A stretch of DNA of 64,000 nt, from positions 416,001 to 480,000 of the forward strand of contig CAVRCJ010000010.1 in assembly GCA_963719515.1 (NCBI GenBank). Reading direction: 5' to 3'. This DNA comes from an uncultured cyanobacterium (GTDB lineage: Bacteria > Cyanobacteriota > Cyanobacteriia > CAKZMO01). This document shows positions 28,181 to 39,276 of the stretch, one piece after another (positions within the stretch are counted from its first letter, which is position 1; each line of letters starts with the position of its first letter). A program made the position numbers and the translations under genes. The notes beneath the pieces were generated by a model. It made no database searches, was not told the DNA's origin, and saw only the letters and a list, made by a program, of their open reading frames with translations.

Positions 28181-31100
28181 TCACCGCACACAGAGCGCCG
28201 ACGACCTAGCCACAAACCCCTCACTCACCAACTCATTCACCGTCGACTGCGTATCCATCACGCAAAACTGCACCCCCAGCCGCACCAGCTGCCGCCGCGG
28301 CCCCCCACTAATCACCGCCACCACCGGCACCTTGTTTTTCCCCTTCTCCTCATGGTGCTGCAGCAAAATGCTCCGCAGGCGGTGCTGCTGGGCAATATCC
28401 CCCGCTACCTGGGGTTCAATCTCCACCATCACCATCTGCACCGCATCCACCGGCTCCGCATCCTCTACAATCAGCTGCAGCTGCTCATCCCGTCCGCTGT
28501 CAATCTTGCCCCACAGCATCAGCGGCTTATCCGGCACAATGTGCTCGCTCACCTGCTCATAGGTGCGCGGAAAGACGACGCCGTCAATTTTCCCCGTCAG
28601 GTCTTCCACCTCCACAATCGCCATCCGCGCCCCCTTCTTCGTCTGCACCGGCTTCACCAGGCTCAGCATGGCAATCACGCTCACCGTGCCGCGATCGCGG
28701 TAATCGTTGGCCTCCGCCAGGTCGATGGGGGCCAGCACCTTGGCCGCCTTTTGCACCGACTTCAGCGGATGGTCCGAGATATAGAAGCCCAGCAGTTCCT
28801 TCTCCAGCTTCAGCTTTTCCTGGGGCGGGTAGTCCGCCACGGGGGCAGCCTTCGGGGCCACCTCAAAGCCGGGGGTGGCAGGTCCACTGCTGGCAGCGCC
28901 GCCCCCCAACAGGTCCAGCAAATTTCCCTGGCCAATCTCCCGGTCCTTGGCTCTTCCCTGGGCCCAGTCCAGCACCAGGTCCAGGTCCTGCGTTAGCTGG
29001 TTGCGGTTGGGCTCTAGGGCGTCCAGAGCCCCCGACTGAATGAGGGCTTCTAGGGCGCGGCGGTTCACCGTACGGGAGTCCACGCGATCGCACAGGCCCG
29101 CTAGAGACTCGAACGGCCCTTCCTTCCGCGCGGCAATGACGGCCTCAATCGCCCCCAGCCCCACGTTGCGCACCGCCGACAGACCAAACAGGATGGCCCG
29201 CTTAGTCTCGTGAGGCAGCGGCGTGAAGTCCACCCCCGAGCGGTTTACGTCCGGCGGCAGCACGTCGATGCCCATGGCGATCGCATTGCCGATGTACTGC
29301 TGCACCTTGGCCTGGTCGCCGCTGTTAGCGGTCAGCAGCGCCGCCATATACTCCACCGGGTAGTTGGCCTTCAGGTAGGCGGTCTGGAAAGTCACATAGC
29401 CGTAGGCCGTGGAGTGAGACTTGTTGAAGCAGTACTCGGCAAACAGCACCATCTGCTCAAATAGGTCCGCCGCTACCTTGGCCTTCACCCCGTTTTTTTC
29501 CGACCCCTCCACAAAGATGGGCTGGTGCTTCTCCATTTCGGAGACCTTCTTCTTACCCATGGCCCGCCGCAGCAGATCCGCCTGTCCCAACGAGTAGCCC
29601 GCCATATCCTGGGCGATCTTCATGATCTGCTCTTGGTAGACCATGATGCCGTAGGTCTCTTTGAGAATCGGCTTCAGGATGGCGTGGGGGTAGTCGATGT
29701 GCTCCCGCCCGTGCTTGCGGTTGATGAACTTAGGAATTAGGCCCGCGTCTAGCGGTCCCGGTCGGTAGAGCGCCAGCACCGAGGAGATGTCTTCTAGGCC
29801 CGAGGGCTTCAGGTCCCGCACGATCTGCCGCATGCCGGAGGACTCTAGCTGGAATATTCCCGCCAGGTCGCCCCGCGCCAGCAGCGCGTAGGTCGGTGGG
29901 TCGTCCATGGGCAAGCGGTCAATATCCAGCGCCGTTTGCCGCGTCTCCTGCACCAGGTCGATGGTTTTTTGAATGGTGGTCAGATTCTTCAGGCCCAAAA
30001 AGTCCATCTTCAAGAGGCCCATAGACTCAATATCCTCCATGGAATACTGGGTCACCGCCCCGTCGCTGTCTTTGTTCAGCTGCAGCGGCACAATCTCATC
30101 TAGAATCTGGGCCGAAATCACCACCCCCGCCGCGTGAATGCCGACGCTCTTGTTGGTGCCTTCAATCCGCAGCGCCATGTCCACCCAGCGGCGATGGGTG
30201 ACGTCGGTGCCGGGAATTACCTGGTCGCTCTCGTACTTGTCGCGAAACTCCACGGCGGGGGACTTGTCCGACACCATGACGTTGAGCTTGGTGGGCTTAC
30301 CTCGCACCACCGGAATCAGCTTCGCCATCTTGTTGGATTCGTCGAAGGGAATATCCAACACCCGGGCGACGTCTTTGAGCACCGCCTTAGAGGTCATGCG
30401 GTTGTAGGTGATGATCTGGGCGACGCGATCGCCCCCATATTTCTCCGTCACGTACTGAATCACCTCGTCCCGCCGATCGATGCAGAAGTCGGTGTCAATA
30501 TCGGGCATGGACTTACGCTCGGGGTTCAAGAACCGCTCGAACAGCAGGCCGTGGTGCACCGGGTCGATGTTGGTGATCCCCAAGGCGTAGGCCACCAAGG
30601 ACCCTGCCGCCGAGCCCCGCCCTGGACCCACCGGAATGCCGCGATCGCGGGCAAATTTGATGTAGTCCCACACCACCAAAAAGTAGGTAGAGAATCCCAT
30701 CTGGTCCATCATCTGCAGTTCGTACTCCAGCCGCTCCCGGTAGGTGGCATCTGCCGCCTCGTAGCTGCCGACACCCAGGCGATCTAGCAGGCCCTCGCGG
30801 GTGACTTTTTGCAGGTAGGAGGTGGGGTCATGGCCTTCGGGGATGGGGTAGTCGGGGATGCGGGACCCGCCCAGTAGCTCGTCCTTGTATTCGGTGACCT
30901 TTTCAGCCACGAGCACCGTATTGGCGATCGCCTCGTCGACTACGTCCTGGGTCAGGTGATCGCGAAACAGCAGCCGCATTTCCTCCGCCGACTTCACGTA
31001 CTCCGTGCCGCTGTAGCGCAGCCGCTTGTCTTCAGTGAGCAGCTTTCCCGTCTGGATGCACAGCAGGGCGTCGTGGGCCTCCACGTCGTAGCAGGAAATG

Positions 31101-31726
31101 TAGTGGGAGTCGTTGGTGGCCACCAGCTTGATATCCAGCTCTCGCGCCAGGGCCACGATTTGTGGGTTGATGATCCGCTCTTCGGGCAGGCCGTGGTCTT
31201 GAATCTCCAGGTAATAGTCCTCGCCAAAGAGGTCTTTGTACCACTGGGCCACCCGCTTTGCCACCTCGGGCTTGCGCTGCAGAAACGCCTGGGGCACCTC
31301 TCCCGCTAGGCAGCCGCTGGTGACAATCAGCCCCTCGTGGTGCCGCTGCAGCATCTCTTTATTGATGCAGGGGCGGGAGAAGATGCCCTTGCCCTGGACG
31401 CCGTGCAGGTGGGAGTCGCTGGTCAGCTTCACCAAATTTTTGTATCCCGCCACGTTTTTGGCCAGCACTACCTGGTGATAGCGGGGACGGCGCTCCTGCT
31501 TGGTGGGGTCGCCGTTAATCACGTACATCTCGTTGCCGATAATCGGCTTGATGCCTTTACCGCTGCACAGCTTCATCAGCTCCACCGCACCGTACATCAC
31601 CCCGTGGTCTGTGAGGGCGATCGCGGGCATACCTAGCTCCACGGCGCGGTCGACTAGGGCAGGGAGCTGGCTGGCCCCATCGAGGAGACTGTAGTCGCTG
31701 TGGATGTGGAGGCCGACGAAGGACAT
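28181..31726 (-). CDS. dnaE: DNA polymerase III alpha subunit, contiguous and intein-free
   Basis: [14 protein letters not shown] domain, [28 protein letters not shown]-terminal OB fold. Confidence 0.99.
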   Translation of the reverse strand: MSFVGLHIHSDYSLLDGASQLPALVDRAVELGMPAIALTDHGVMYGAVELMKLCSGKGIKPIIGNEMYVINGDPTKQERRPRYHQVVLAKNVAGYKNLVKLTSDSHLHGVQGKGIFSRPCINKEMLQRHHEGLIVTSGCLAGEVPQAFLQRKPEVAKRVAQWYKDLFGEDYYLEIQDHGLPEERIINPQIVALARELDIKLVATNDSHYISCYDVEAHDALLCIQTGKLLTEDKRLRYSGTEYVKSAEEMRLLFRDHLTQDVVDEAIANTVLVAEKVTEYKDELLGGSRIPDYPIPEGHDPTSYLQKVTREGLLDRLGVGSYEAADATYRERLEYELQMMDQMGFSTYFLVVWDYIKFARDRGIPVGPGRGSAAGSLVAYALGITNIDPVHHGLLFERFLNPERKSMPDIDTDFCIDRRDEVIQYVTEKYGGDRVAQIITYNRMTSKAVLKDVARVLDIPFDESNKMAKLIPVVRGKPTKLNVMVSDKSPAVEFRDKYESDQVIPGTDVTHRRWVDMALRIEGTNKSVGIHAAGVVISAQILDEIVPLQLNKDSDGAVTQYSMEDIESMGLLKMDFLGLKNLTTIQKTIDLVQETRQTALDIDRLPMDDPPTYALLARGDLAGIFQLESSGMRQIVRDLKPSGLEDISSVLALYRPGPLDAGLIPKFINRKHGREHIDYPHAILKPILKETYGIMVYQEQIMKIAQDMAGYSLGQADLLRRAMGKKKVSEMEKHQPIFVEGSEKNGVKAKVAADLFEQMVLFAEYCFNKSHSTAYGYVTFQTAYLKANYPVEYMAALLTANSGDQAKVQQYIGNAIAMGIDVLPPDVNRSGVDFTPLPHETKRAILFGLSAVRNVGLGAIEAVIAARKEGPFESLAGLCDRVDSRTVNRRALEALIQSGALDALEPNRNQLTQDLDLVLDWAQGRAKDREIGQGNLLDLLGGGAASSGPATPGFEVAPKAAPVADYPPQEKLKLEKELLGFYISDHPLKSVQKAAKVLAPIDLAEANDYRDRGTVSVIAMLSLVKPVQTKKGARMAIVEVEDLTGKIDGVVFPRTYEQVSEHIVPDKPLMLWGKIDSGRDEQLQLIVEDAEPVDAVQMVMVEIEPQVAGDIAQQHRLRSILLQHHEEKGKNKVPVVAVISGGPRRQLVRLGVQFCVMDTQSTVNELVSEGFVARSSALCVR

Positions 31727-31835
31727 GGCAGAAACCGGGTACAGATACGATTAGGGTATCCGATCTATGGCGCTATATCTAGCATATTGTTTCGATTTTT
31801 TACCGCAAATCCCCCCTACATGTATGGACGCCCCG

Positions 31836-32005
31836 GTAGGGACATGGCATGCCATGGTCCCTGTTTAGCGTAGCCTTGGCCCTCTCCCCCGGCCCCTCTC
31901 CCAAATTTGGGAGAGGGGAGGCTGGTCCCCTTCCCTCAGAATTGGGGGAAGGGTTAGGGATGGGGGCTTTCCAAAACGCTAAACAGATACATGCCATGTC
32001 CCTAC
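31836..32005. repeat. GTAG-type REP palindrome split by a MITE
   Basis: Removing the insert restores the perfect palindrome GTAGGGACATGGCATGCCATGTCCCTAC. Confidence 0.85.
31857..31990. mobile_element. 134-bp MITE with 8-bp TSD
   Basis: TIRs GTCCCTGTTTAGCGT / ACGCTAAACAGATAC; TSD ATGCCATG at 31849-31856 and 31991-31998. Confidence 0.85.
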
Positions 32006-32165
32006 AACATGCGGCGGTGTGACCGACCTATTGGCCGACGTATTGGGTTGCGATGCCCGAAACATTCATCACCGTGGGTTGTAGGGATACGGCGATCGCC
32101 CGGTACCGGTACTAATATACTAAATCTACGCGGTTTAATCTATGGTGCCGTCTTGCCAAATACCT

Positions 32166-35100
32166 TTAAATAACAGCGCCAAGGGCAATCAGCTCATCCC
32201 GCTGCGCAGGGGTCAGTCCCCCAACCTCCGTAATCGACGTATCTTCGTAGGGGCGCTTGACCTGATAAGTTTGCAGGCAGGTTGCAGACGCCAGGTCCCA
32301 AAGCTTCGCGGTCTCGTCCGCACTGCCGCTAGCAATGCGATACTGCCCTGTCAGGTTGAAGTGCGCCCGGTCAAAGGCGACGGTCAAGACGGGTTTGGTG
32401 TGTTCCCTAAGCTCGTTGGTACAGCGGCCCTCCGAGACATCCCAAACCCGGATGGTGCGGTCATAGCTGCTGCTGACAATTTTTTTGCCGTCTGGACTAA
32501 TATCGACGCCCCAGACCCAGCCCCGGTGGCCTTCAAACGTTGCTAAGCAGTCGCCCGTTTCGGTATCCCACAGCTTGACCCGTTTATCGGCCCCGCCGCT
32601 GACCAACCACGTAGCTTTGCCAGCGCTCTCAGAAGGCTGTACAAACGCTAGGCTATAGATCCAATCGTCATGTCCGGGCAGAATCTTCAGACATTCCCCG
32701 GTCTCTACATCCCACAGCCGAATTACTTTGTCGGCTCCTCCAGTGGCAGCCAAGCAGCTATTCGACTGGAACGACAGCGCCCACAGCTGAGTTTGATGCC
32801 CCTGCAGAGACCGGAGAAAGGCACCTGTCTTAGCATCCCAAACCATGACTGAGGGCGTAATGCCAACACCCGCCAAAAACCGACCATCGGAGCTAAAGGC
32901 GACGGCGCGAATCCAGCCCACTTGCCCCGACAGGGTTTGGAGGCAGGTCCCCGACTGAGTATCCCAAAGCTTGATAGATTGGTCCATGCCAGCGCTCGCC
33001 AATCGGGTACCGGCTGGATCAAAAGCAACAGACCAGATACCGCCGCTGTGGCCGTCCAAAGTGCTTAGGCAAGCCCCCGTTTCAACGTTCCAAAGCCGAG
33101 CCTTAGCATCGTCTGCGCCGGTCGCCAGACAGCTCTTCTCTGGGCAAAAGGCAGCGGTCTGGACGTAGTTCGTGTAGCCCTGCAGCGTCCGCAGGCACTG
33201 TCCCGTTGTGGGAGACCACCACTTCACGGTTTGGTCAAAGCTGCCGCTGGCGATCGCGTTTCCCTGAGGGTGGACGGCGACCATAAACACCTGGCCTCGG
33301 TGGCCCTGCAGGACGCGGCGACAGCTGCCGGTGTTTAGGTGCCACAGCCTCACCGTGTGATCTAAGCTGGCGCTGACCAGCCAGCGACTGTCAGGGCTAA
33401 AGGCTACCGACCACACCTGGTCTTTGTGACCCTGGAGCACCGCAAGGCAGCGACCAGTCGCGATTTGCCAAAGCCGAATGGTCTTATCAGCGCCTGAAGC
33501 GGCGAGCCATTTTCCGTCGGGGCTAAAGGGGGCAGACCACACAGGGCCCATTGCGCCTATGTCAGGTGCGTCTGGGCCAGGTGCGTCTAGGCCAGCTCCC
33601 TCCGGAATACCGCCTTCTAAAATCTGCAGACATTCGCCGTTGTTCACCTGCCAAATTCTCACCGTACCGTCCGTGCTGCCGGTGGCCAATCGCTCTCCCT
33701 CTGGGCTGAAGCTGACGGAGCGAACCCAGCCTCGGTGACCGGTCAACGTCCGGATGCAGTTTCCCTGGAGATCCCAGAGCTTGACGGTCGCGTCGTCGCT
33801 AGCGGTCGCGATAATGCCGCGCGGACTGATGGCGACGTCCCACACAACGCTGGTGTGGCCCTTGATGACGCGATCGCATTGCCCTGTGGAGAGGGTCCAG
33901 ATTCGCATTGAGTAATCCACACCGACACTCACCAAGGTCTGATCATCTGCGCTGAAGGCTAGGGAGGCGACCCAGCCTACATGCCCTTTTAGCGTTTGCG
34001 CAAGCTGCCCCGTTTGGGTGTCCCAGAGGCAAATCTTAGAGGTGGTGTCGCCCGTCGCGAGCCACCGGCCCTGGGGGCTGAACCGCAGGCAAATGATATT
34101 GCCGAAGGTTTGGGCGAAGACCGTATGGTCAAATTCCGAGGCATCAAAGCTGACCCAGTGTAAGGGCGTCGCTCTTAAGTCGGCGTGGCGAATGGTGAGC
34201 TGGGAAAAATCAAATCCGGTGAAGTCGACTCCCATATGCGCTCCCAGGTTGAGGAGATTGCCCGCGCCATAGCCCGACGAAAGAATCGAGCTTTGCCGCA
34301 GGTGCTTCAAGGCGCGATGAAACGGGTCTAGCAGCAGGTGGGGCCGCCTGTAGTAGGGCTGAAGCTTTTGCGCGATCGCCTCTAAGATTAGACGGCGCTG
34401 GCTCTGCTGGACGTAGTCTCGGGCTGTGGTTTTAATTAGGGCATGGGAATCCAGCGGCGAGGGGGCAGCGCCATCCTCCTCGACCGGGGCGTTTGGCGTA
34501 ATCAGGCTCTGGGCGATCGCCTCAACCAACTGCTCGGTGACGAACTCCATGACGACGGGCTGCTGGGTGTACTGGCCTTTGCTGCGCTCCACCAGCGATC
34601 GCCAGCTCAGCGATTCTAGGGCCGTCAGCACGTCGCTGCGCGGCACCGCCGGCACGATGTCGGCCACCAGCTCTAGAATCGAAGTCCATTCACGGTTGAC
34701 CGCCAGCCAATACATAATCGATTTCTCAAGAGGCGAGAGGCGCTCAAACTGCTGCCCAACCAGGCGCTGCAGGCCGTTGAATACCAGCAGGTCAACCTCG
34801 CCAAGAAAGGCGCGAATATCCCCATCGAACAAATTTTGAACCGATGTCGCAACGATTTTTATGGCTAGAGGGTTGTTGCTGTAGCGATCGCAGAGGGTTT
34901 GCTTTTCTGATTCTGAACCCGTTAACCCTTTAGACTGCAGCAGCAGGATTGCCGCCTCTTGCGCTCCCTGTAGTGTCAAGGTTCGCACCGGCAGCGCCGC
35001 CCCCTCTGCCGCCCCCACTTCTGCTGGTTTTTCTCGGCTTGTCAGCAGCAGGCAGCTCTGGTGGCTCACCTCTCCTAAAAGCTGTAGCAGATCGCCGTAG

Positions 35101-35861
35101 CCTCGGTAATTCGCCGCAAACAGGCCCGCACTTTCACCGGAGACCATTAAGGTCTCCATGTTGTCCAAAACGATCAAGCAGCGGTAGCGGCGGAGGTAGT
35201 CTAGAAGCGTTTTGGGGTCACCCTGGATGTCGGCATGGTTCGAGAAGAACTCTACGCACTCTGCCAGCAGGCTGCTGGCGCTGGGGGCATTGCGCAGCGA
35301 TCGCCAAATGACGAACTCAAACTCGCGGCTCACCTGCTGGGCAAACTTGGTCACTAGCGCGGTTTTGCCAATTCCCCCTAGGCCCAGCACGGCCATCACC
35401 CGGCAGCGCTCTTCAATAACCTGCTGCTGCAGGTGTCCCAGCTCTTGCTCTCGTCCCAAAAAGGCGCTGACGTCAACGGCTTCTCCCCAATCTTGCTTTG
35501 CCGAATGAGCGGCGGGCTGCGCCACGTCATCTCCTACGGCGGGCGGCACTGCCGCTGAGGGTTCAGATGCACCACTGGCTGGGGTGGGGCAGTACCGGGC
35601 GACCGCCTCTCTGAAATTGGGCTTACTCACCGGTTCACACAGCGCCTCAGAGAGGCTTTTCCAAAGCTTTGGCCCAATATTGCGCCGCAAGTAGCTAGGG
35701 GAGTATCCCGAGCCGTCTGCGATCGTCTCGTAGGTCTGCCGCTGCCAAGCCCCCTGCAAGACGATGGTTTCTACATCGCTGAGACTACGGGAAAATTTGG
35801 CCTCTATTGCCCGGTTGATGGCGCTTAGAGCCGCTTCAACAGTGAGTTCAGATGACGCCAT
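32166..35861 (-). CDS. STAND protein: N-terminal HTH-like domain, NB-ARC and many WD40 repeats
   Basis: GAWQRQTYETIA...YSPSYL...GPKLW, GLGGIGKT, LIVLDN, LLTSRE, NPLA, then more than ten GH...WD repeats. Confidence 0.93.
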   Translation of the reverse strand: MASSELTVEAALSAINRAIEAKFSRSLSDVETIVLQGAWQRQTYETIADGSGYSPSYLRRNIGPKLWKSLSEALCEPVSKPNFREAVARYCPTPASGASEPSAAVPPAVGDDVAQPAAHSAKQDWGEAVDVSAFLGREQELGHLQQQVIEERCRVMAVLGLGGIGKTALVTKFAQQVSREFEFVIWRSLRNAPSASSLLAECVEFFSNHADIQGDPKTLLDYLRRYRCLIVLDNMETLMVSGESAGLFAANYRGYGDLLQLLGEVSHQSCLLLTSREKPAEVGAAEGAALPVRTLTLQGAQEAAILLLQSKGLTGSESEKQTLCDRYSNNPLAIKIVATSVQNLFDGDIRAFLGEVDLLVFNGLQRLVGQQFERLSPLEKSIMYWLAVNREWTSILELVADIVPAVPRSDVLTALESLSWRSLVERSKGQYTQQPVVMEFVTEQLVEAIAQSLITPNAPVEEDGAAPSPLDSHALIKTTARDYVQQSQRRLILEAIAQKLQPYYRRPHLLLDPFHRALKHLRQSSILSSGYGAGNLLNLGAHMGVDFTGFDFSQLTIRHADLRATPLHWVSFDASEFDHTVFAQTFGNIICLRFSPQGRWLATGDTTSKICLWDTQTGQLAQTLKGHVGWVASLAFSADDQTLVSVGVDYSMRIWTLSTGQCDRVIKGHTSVVWDVAISPRGIIATASDDATVKLWDLQGNCIRTLTGHRGWVRSVSFSPEGERLATGSTDGTVRIWQVNNGECLQILEGGIPEGAGLDAPGPDAPDIGAMGPVWSAPFSPDGKWLAASGADKTIRLWQIATGRCLAVLQGHKDQVWSVAFSPDSRWLVSASLDHTVRLWHLNTGSCRRVLQGHRGQVFMVAVHPQGNAIASGSFDQTVKWWSPTTGQCLRTLQGYTNYVQTAAFCPEKSCLATGADDAKARLWNVETGACLSTLDGHSGGIWSVAFDPAGTRLASAGMDQSIKLWDTQSGTCLQTLSGQVGWIRAVAFSSDGRFLAGVGITPSVMVWDAKTGAFLRSLQGHQTQLWALSFQSNSCLAATGGADKVIRLWDVETGECLKILPGHDDWIYSLAFVQPSESAGKATWLVSGGADKRVKLWDTETGDCLATFEGHRGWVWGVDISPDGKKIVSSSYDRTIRVWDVSEGRCTNELREHTKPVLTVAFDRAHFNLTGQYRIASGSADETAKLWDLASATCLQTYQVKRPYEDTSITEVGGLTPAQRDELIALGAVI

Positions 35862-36401
35862 CGGCAGTGCCGCAATTACTTATCGATATAGCAAACATCC
35901 TGATGTACTGGGACATTTGCGCGCTGTTTTGCCTACGAGATTTGAGGCTTTTGGCCATTTAGTAGGATCCTGGGCAACAGCGCCAACGCAATATGCACTG
36001 AAAGCTTTGCAGTAGAGGGAGTATAGCACTTTGATGCTGGCTCAAAAGTGACTTTAAGTGACAAAGCGGGAAAAGTCACCTTCGAAACTGGCGACCTTTT
36101 AGGTAACGACGGATACAAAAATCAGTTTTAGAGTTGAGTCATCGGGTTGAGAGCCCGGAAGAAAAAACAGCATGCTTTCCCAAGCTAATTGCGGAATTAA
36201 CGTCACAAAAGCAATGACCTATATTCACAATCGCTCAGATTTTTTCTACTCAATTACTGCAAGCATGTACGCGCAAAAGCGTTCCAAGCTAGCGGCCAAG
36301 TGGATTAAGAAGAACGGGAAGCTTATCTGTCAATTGACTGCCGAATAGCAGTGAATTCAAGACCAAAACTAGAACAATCAACACAATCAACGGAGTAAAA
36401 A

Positions 36402-37704
36402 ATGGTTAGCATTCTTGGAACTAACGGCAACAACACGCTTCACGGCACTAACGCTAAAGACTTTATCTACGGATACGCAGGTAACGACGATCTCTACGGT
36501 AATGGTGGCAACGCTCAGTGGTGCAGAAAACTCAAGGAGAGAATATTTGCTCCCAGGATGAGGCCGGATAAGCTCAAAATCATGCCCTCAAATCACGTAA
36601 ATTCGTAGAGGGTAGCCTCGCTGCACTTGCGATCGCAGAAACTGACACTTTTTCAACAATCCTTTAGCCATAGGGGTTTCAGGAGTTTTCTGCACCACCA
36701 AGGGTGGCAACGACACGATTTATGGCCACGCGGGCAACGATTTCATCGATGGAGGTTCCGGCGCCGACCATATGTATGGCGGTAGTGATAACGATACCTA
36801 CATTGTCAATAGCGGCAGCGACACCGTAACCGAGTACGGCGGCGAAGGAATAGACACCGTTAGGTCCTACATCCCCAATTACACCCTTGGCGCTAACGTT
36901 GAGTATCTACAGCTTTCCGGCGCCCCTGCCGTTAACGGCACTGGAAACGGCCTCAACAACTTCATCTACGGCAATAGCAACAACAACATCCTCAAAGGGA
37001 TGGGCGGCAACGACAACCTCTACGGCTTTGGCGGCAATGACTTTCTTGATGGAGGCCCCGGCGTCGATAACATGTACGGGGGCTCCGGCAACGACAGGTA
37101 CATTGTCAACAGCAGTAGCGATAAAGTTGTCGAGGCCAACAACCAAGGCACAGATCAAGTCGATTCCTACATCCACACCTACATTCTTGACAATAACGTT
37201 GAGGGTGTGCAGCTTTTTGGGCCTGCAATTGCAGCTTACGGCAACAGCAAAACGAACGCCTTAGTTGGCAATGCGAACGACAACGTTTTGTCTGGCGGTA
37301 ACGGCGGCAGCAACGTTCTGTCTGGCGGCGCTGGTGACGACACCATCTATGCCGCGTTCGGCAATGACGTCCTCGTTGGCGGCGCAGATGACGATCATCT
37401 GACGGGTGGCGGTGGTTTTGACATCATGACTGGCGGTACCGGCGCTGATGTCTTTGCCTTGGGGATCAAAAACAGTCCCTTGCTTTACACCGGAGTTGAC
37501 TATGCCGTCATCCAGGATTTTTTCTTTTCCGACGGTGACAAGGTTCAGCTCAAAGGGGTGATGAGCGACTACACGGTCATTAAAGGAGTCAACCTTTCGG
37601 GGGGTAATGCCTACGACACGATCATTCAAAGGAACAGCAACACAATCGGCATTATTGAAGATACGACAGTTTTCAGCCTCGGCCTAGATGTGAACTACGT
37701 GTAG
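36402..37704 (+). pseudogene. RTX/hemolysin-type Ca-binding repeat protein interrupted by a MITE
   Basis: GGxGxD nonapeptides on both sides of the insert. Deleting the insert and one TSD copy gives a single 367-aa frame (...GNGGNDTIYGHAGND...). Confidence 0.9.
36514..36702. mobile_element. 189-bp MITE with 10-bp TSD (IS4-like by TSD length)
   Basis: TIRs CTCAGTGGTGCAGAAAACTC / GAGTTTTCTGCACCACCAAG; TSD GGTGGCAACG at 36504-36513 and 36703-36712. Confidence 0.92.
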
Positions 37705-37736
37705 GGCGATCGCCGTCAATAGAAGACGCTGTCGGA

Positions 37737-37765
37737 AAGGGTGCCCTCTAATCAGGGGCACCCTT
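37737..37765 (+). terminator. Hairpin downstream of the RTX gene
   Basis: AAGGGTGCCC...GGGCACCCTT stem with only a weak U tract. Confidence 0.45.
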
Positions 37766-37804
37766 CCCGCGTCTCTAGTCGGTGGAGGGTGCGCCCCAAC
37801 AATA

Positions 37805-38023
37805 ATACCGCTGGCGAAATATTTTGTAATGGCATTTGGCGTCTTGCAGGCCCCCTCCGCCCCCAATCCTGGGGGAACCCGAGCAGCGTCTATACCATTG
37901 ACCGCTATTGACTTTGAGGATTTCTGGCCTCTCTGAAGTCCCCCAGAATTGGGGGATTTAGGGGGCCTCTCCGAGGCAGGAAATAGCCAAGATATAGCAA
38001 GACATAAAGTTCGCCAGCGGTAT
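37805..38023. mobile_element. 219-bp MITE carrying GC-rich hairpin repeats
   Basis: Perfect TIRs ATACCGCTGGCGAA / TTCGCCAGCGGTAT; CAATA at 37800-37804 and 38024-38028. Confidence 0.8.
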
Positions 38024-38166
38024 CAATAATAGGGATTGCCTAATGTCAACATATGAAGACGCGCCGCCGCTCTAGCCCCTGTTTTGGCTTTGGGCCTACC
38101 CGTCGAAAGAGGTTTTTTGCGGCTGGTTTCACTACAGTCAAACTATAGCCGCTAGCCCTACCTCGT

Positions 38167-39066
38167 ATGGACCTCTCCCTGCAACCCCATCGCTCCTTTC
38201 AAGGGCGTCTCTACGACGCTTTCCTGCTGCTCGCCGTCTACTCCAACTTATGGGTAGCCGCGGCGATCGCCTCCTTGGTCCCCTTCGTGCAGATGACTCT
38301 CGGTCTCGCTCTAGACTGGCGGCCCATCGCTCTAATTTTCGCCTCAGCTTTGGTGCCTTACTTGCTTGATCGCTTGGTAGACGCCTATGGGCAAAGAATT
38401 CCCGACTGGCGCGCTCAGGCTTTTTTCAGGCAGCCTGTTAGCCTAGCTCTATTTGCGATCGCCAGCCTGATGACCGCTACGCTGATCTACAGCGCCCCGT
38501 CCCAGGTCCAGGTTGTCTGTTTGGGCGGGCTAGTGCCGCTGCTCTACGGACTGCCGCTGTTTCCAGGACGTAGCCAAGACGGCGCGCGCTGGTATCGTCT
38601 CAAGGACATTCCGGGGTCGAAAGCCTGGATTGTCTGCGGCACTATCACCTATGCCCTGCTCGCTGTTCCGCTAGCCTACGCCAATGAATCCGTCAGCCCT
38701 GCCGTTGTGGCTGTCGCGCTGTTTTTGCTGGCGTTCATCGGCAGCAATTCTCACGTGTTTGACATTCGCGATATCCAGTCAGATCGGCGCAATGGGGTTA
38801 TGACTATGCCAGTGCTGCTCGGCACCTGGAACACGCGTTGGATGCTGACGGCGCTGAATCTGGCCATGCTGGGGGGGTTGGTTTTAATCCAGTGGCAGGG
38901 GAGAGAGGGACCGGCTTTGAGCGTCGTGTTTCCGGCTACGGCGGTCACGGTAGCCTATGTGTGGTTGATTAATCCCCGCACGCCGCGAAATATTTACAAC
39001 GTTTGGGTGGATGGCGCGCTATTTTTGCCGCTGGTACTGTCGATTGGAAATCGACTATCGATTTAG
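38167..39066 (+). CDS. UbiA-family prenyltransferase-like membrane protein
   Basis: YLLDRLVD, RLKDIPGSK, FDIRDIQSDRRNGVMT. Confidence 0.85.
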   Translation: MDLSLQPHRSFQGRLYDAFLLLAVYSNLWVAAAIASLVPFVQMTLGLALDWRPIALIFASALVPYLLDRLVDAYGQRIPDWRAQAFFRQPVSLALFAIASLMTATLIYSAPSQVQVVCLGGLVPLLYGLPLFPGRSQDGARWYRLKDIPGSKAWIVCGTITYALLAVPLAYANESVSPAVVAVALFLLAFIGSNSHVFDIRDIQSDRRNGVMTMPVLLGTWNTRWMLTALNLAMLGGLVLIQWQGREGPALSVVFPATAVTVAYVWLINPRTPRNIYNVWVDGALFLPLVLSIGNRLSI

Positions 39067-39276
39067 ATAGTTTCAATGCAGTTTTGACAATATTGAGCCC
39101 CTTTTGAGTCCGCAAGCTTTACCAAAGATTAAATTTTTAGATTAAATTTTCCTCAGTTTGCGGAACCTCGTTTTCCACGAACGAAAGCTTAGCTTGTCCA
39201 CACTAAAATTATGTGTAGGTGGGGATTCGAATTGACTCGGCTGAAAGATTAAGTACACCACAATTTTGTTAACTGT

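Noticed and set aside
32108..32123. LexA-like GGTACTAATATACT upstream of dnaE
   Set aside because: It has one mismatch in the core, lies about 380 nt from the start beyond the repeats, and abuts a REP remnant.
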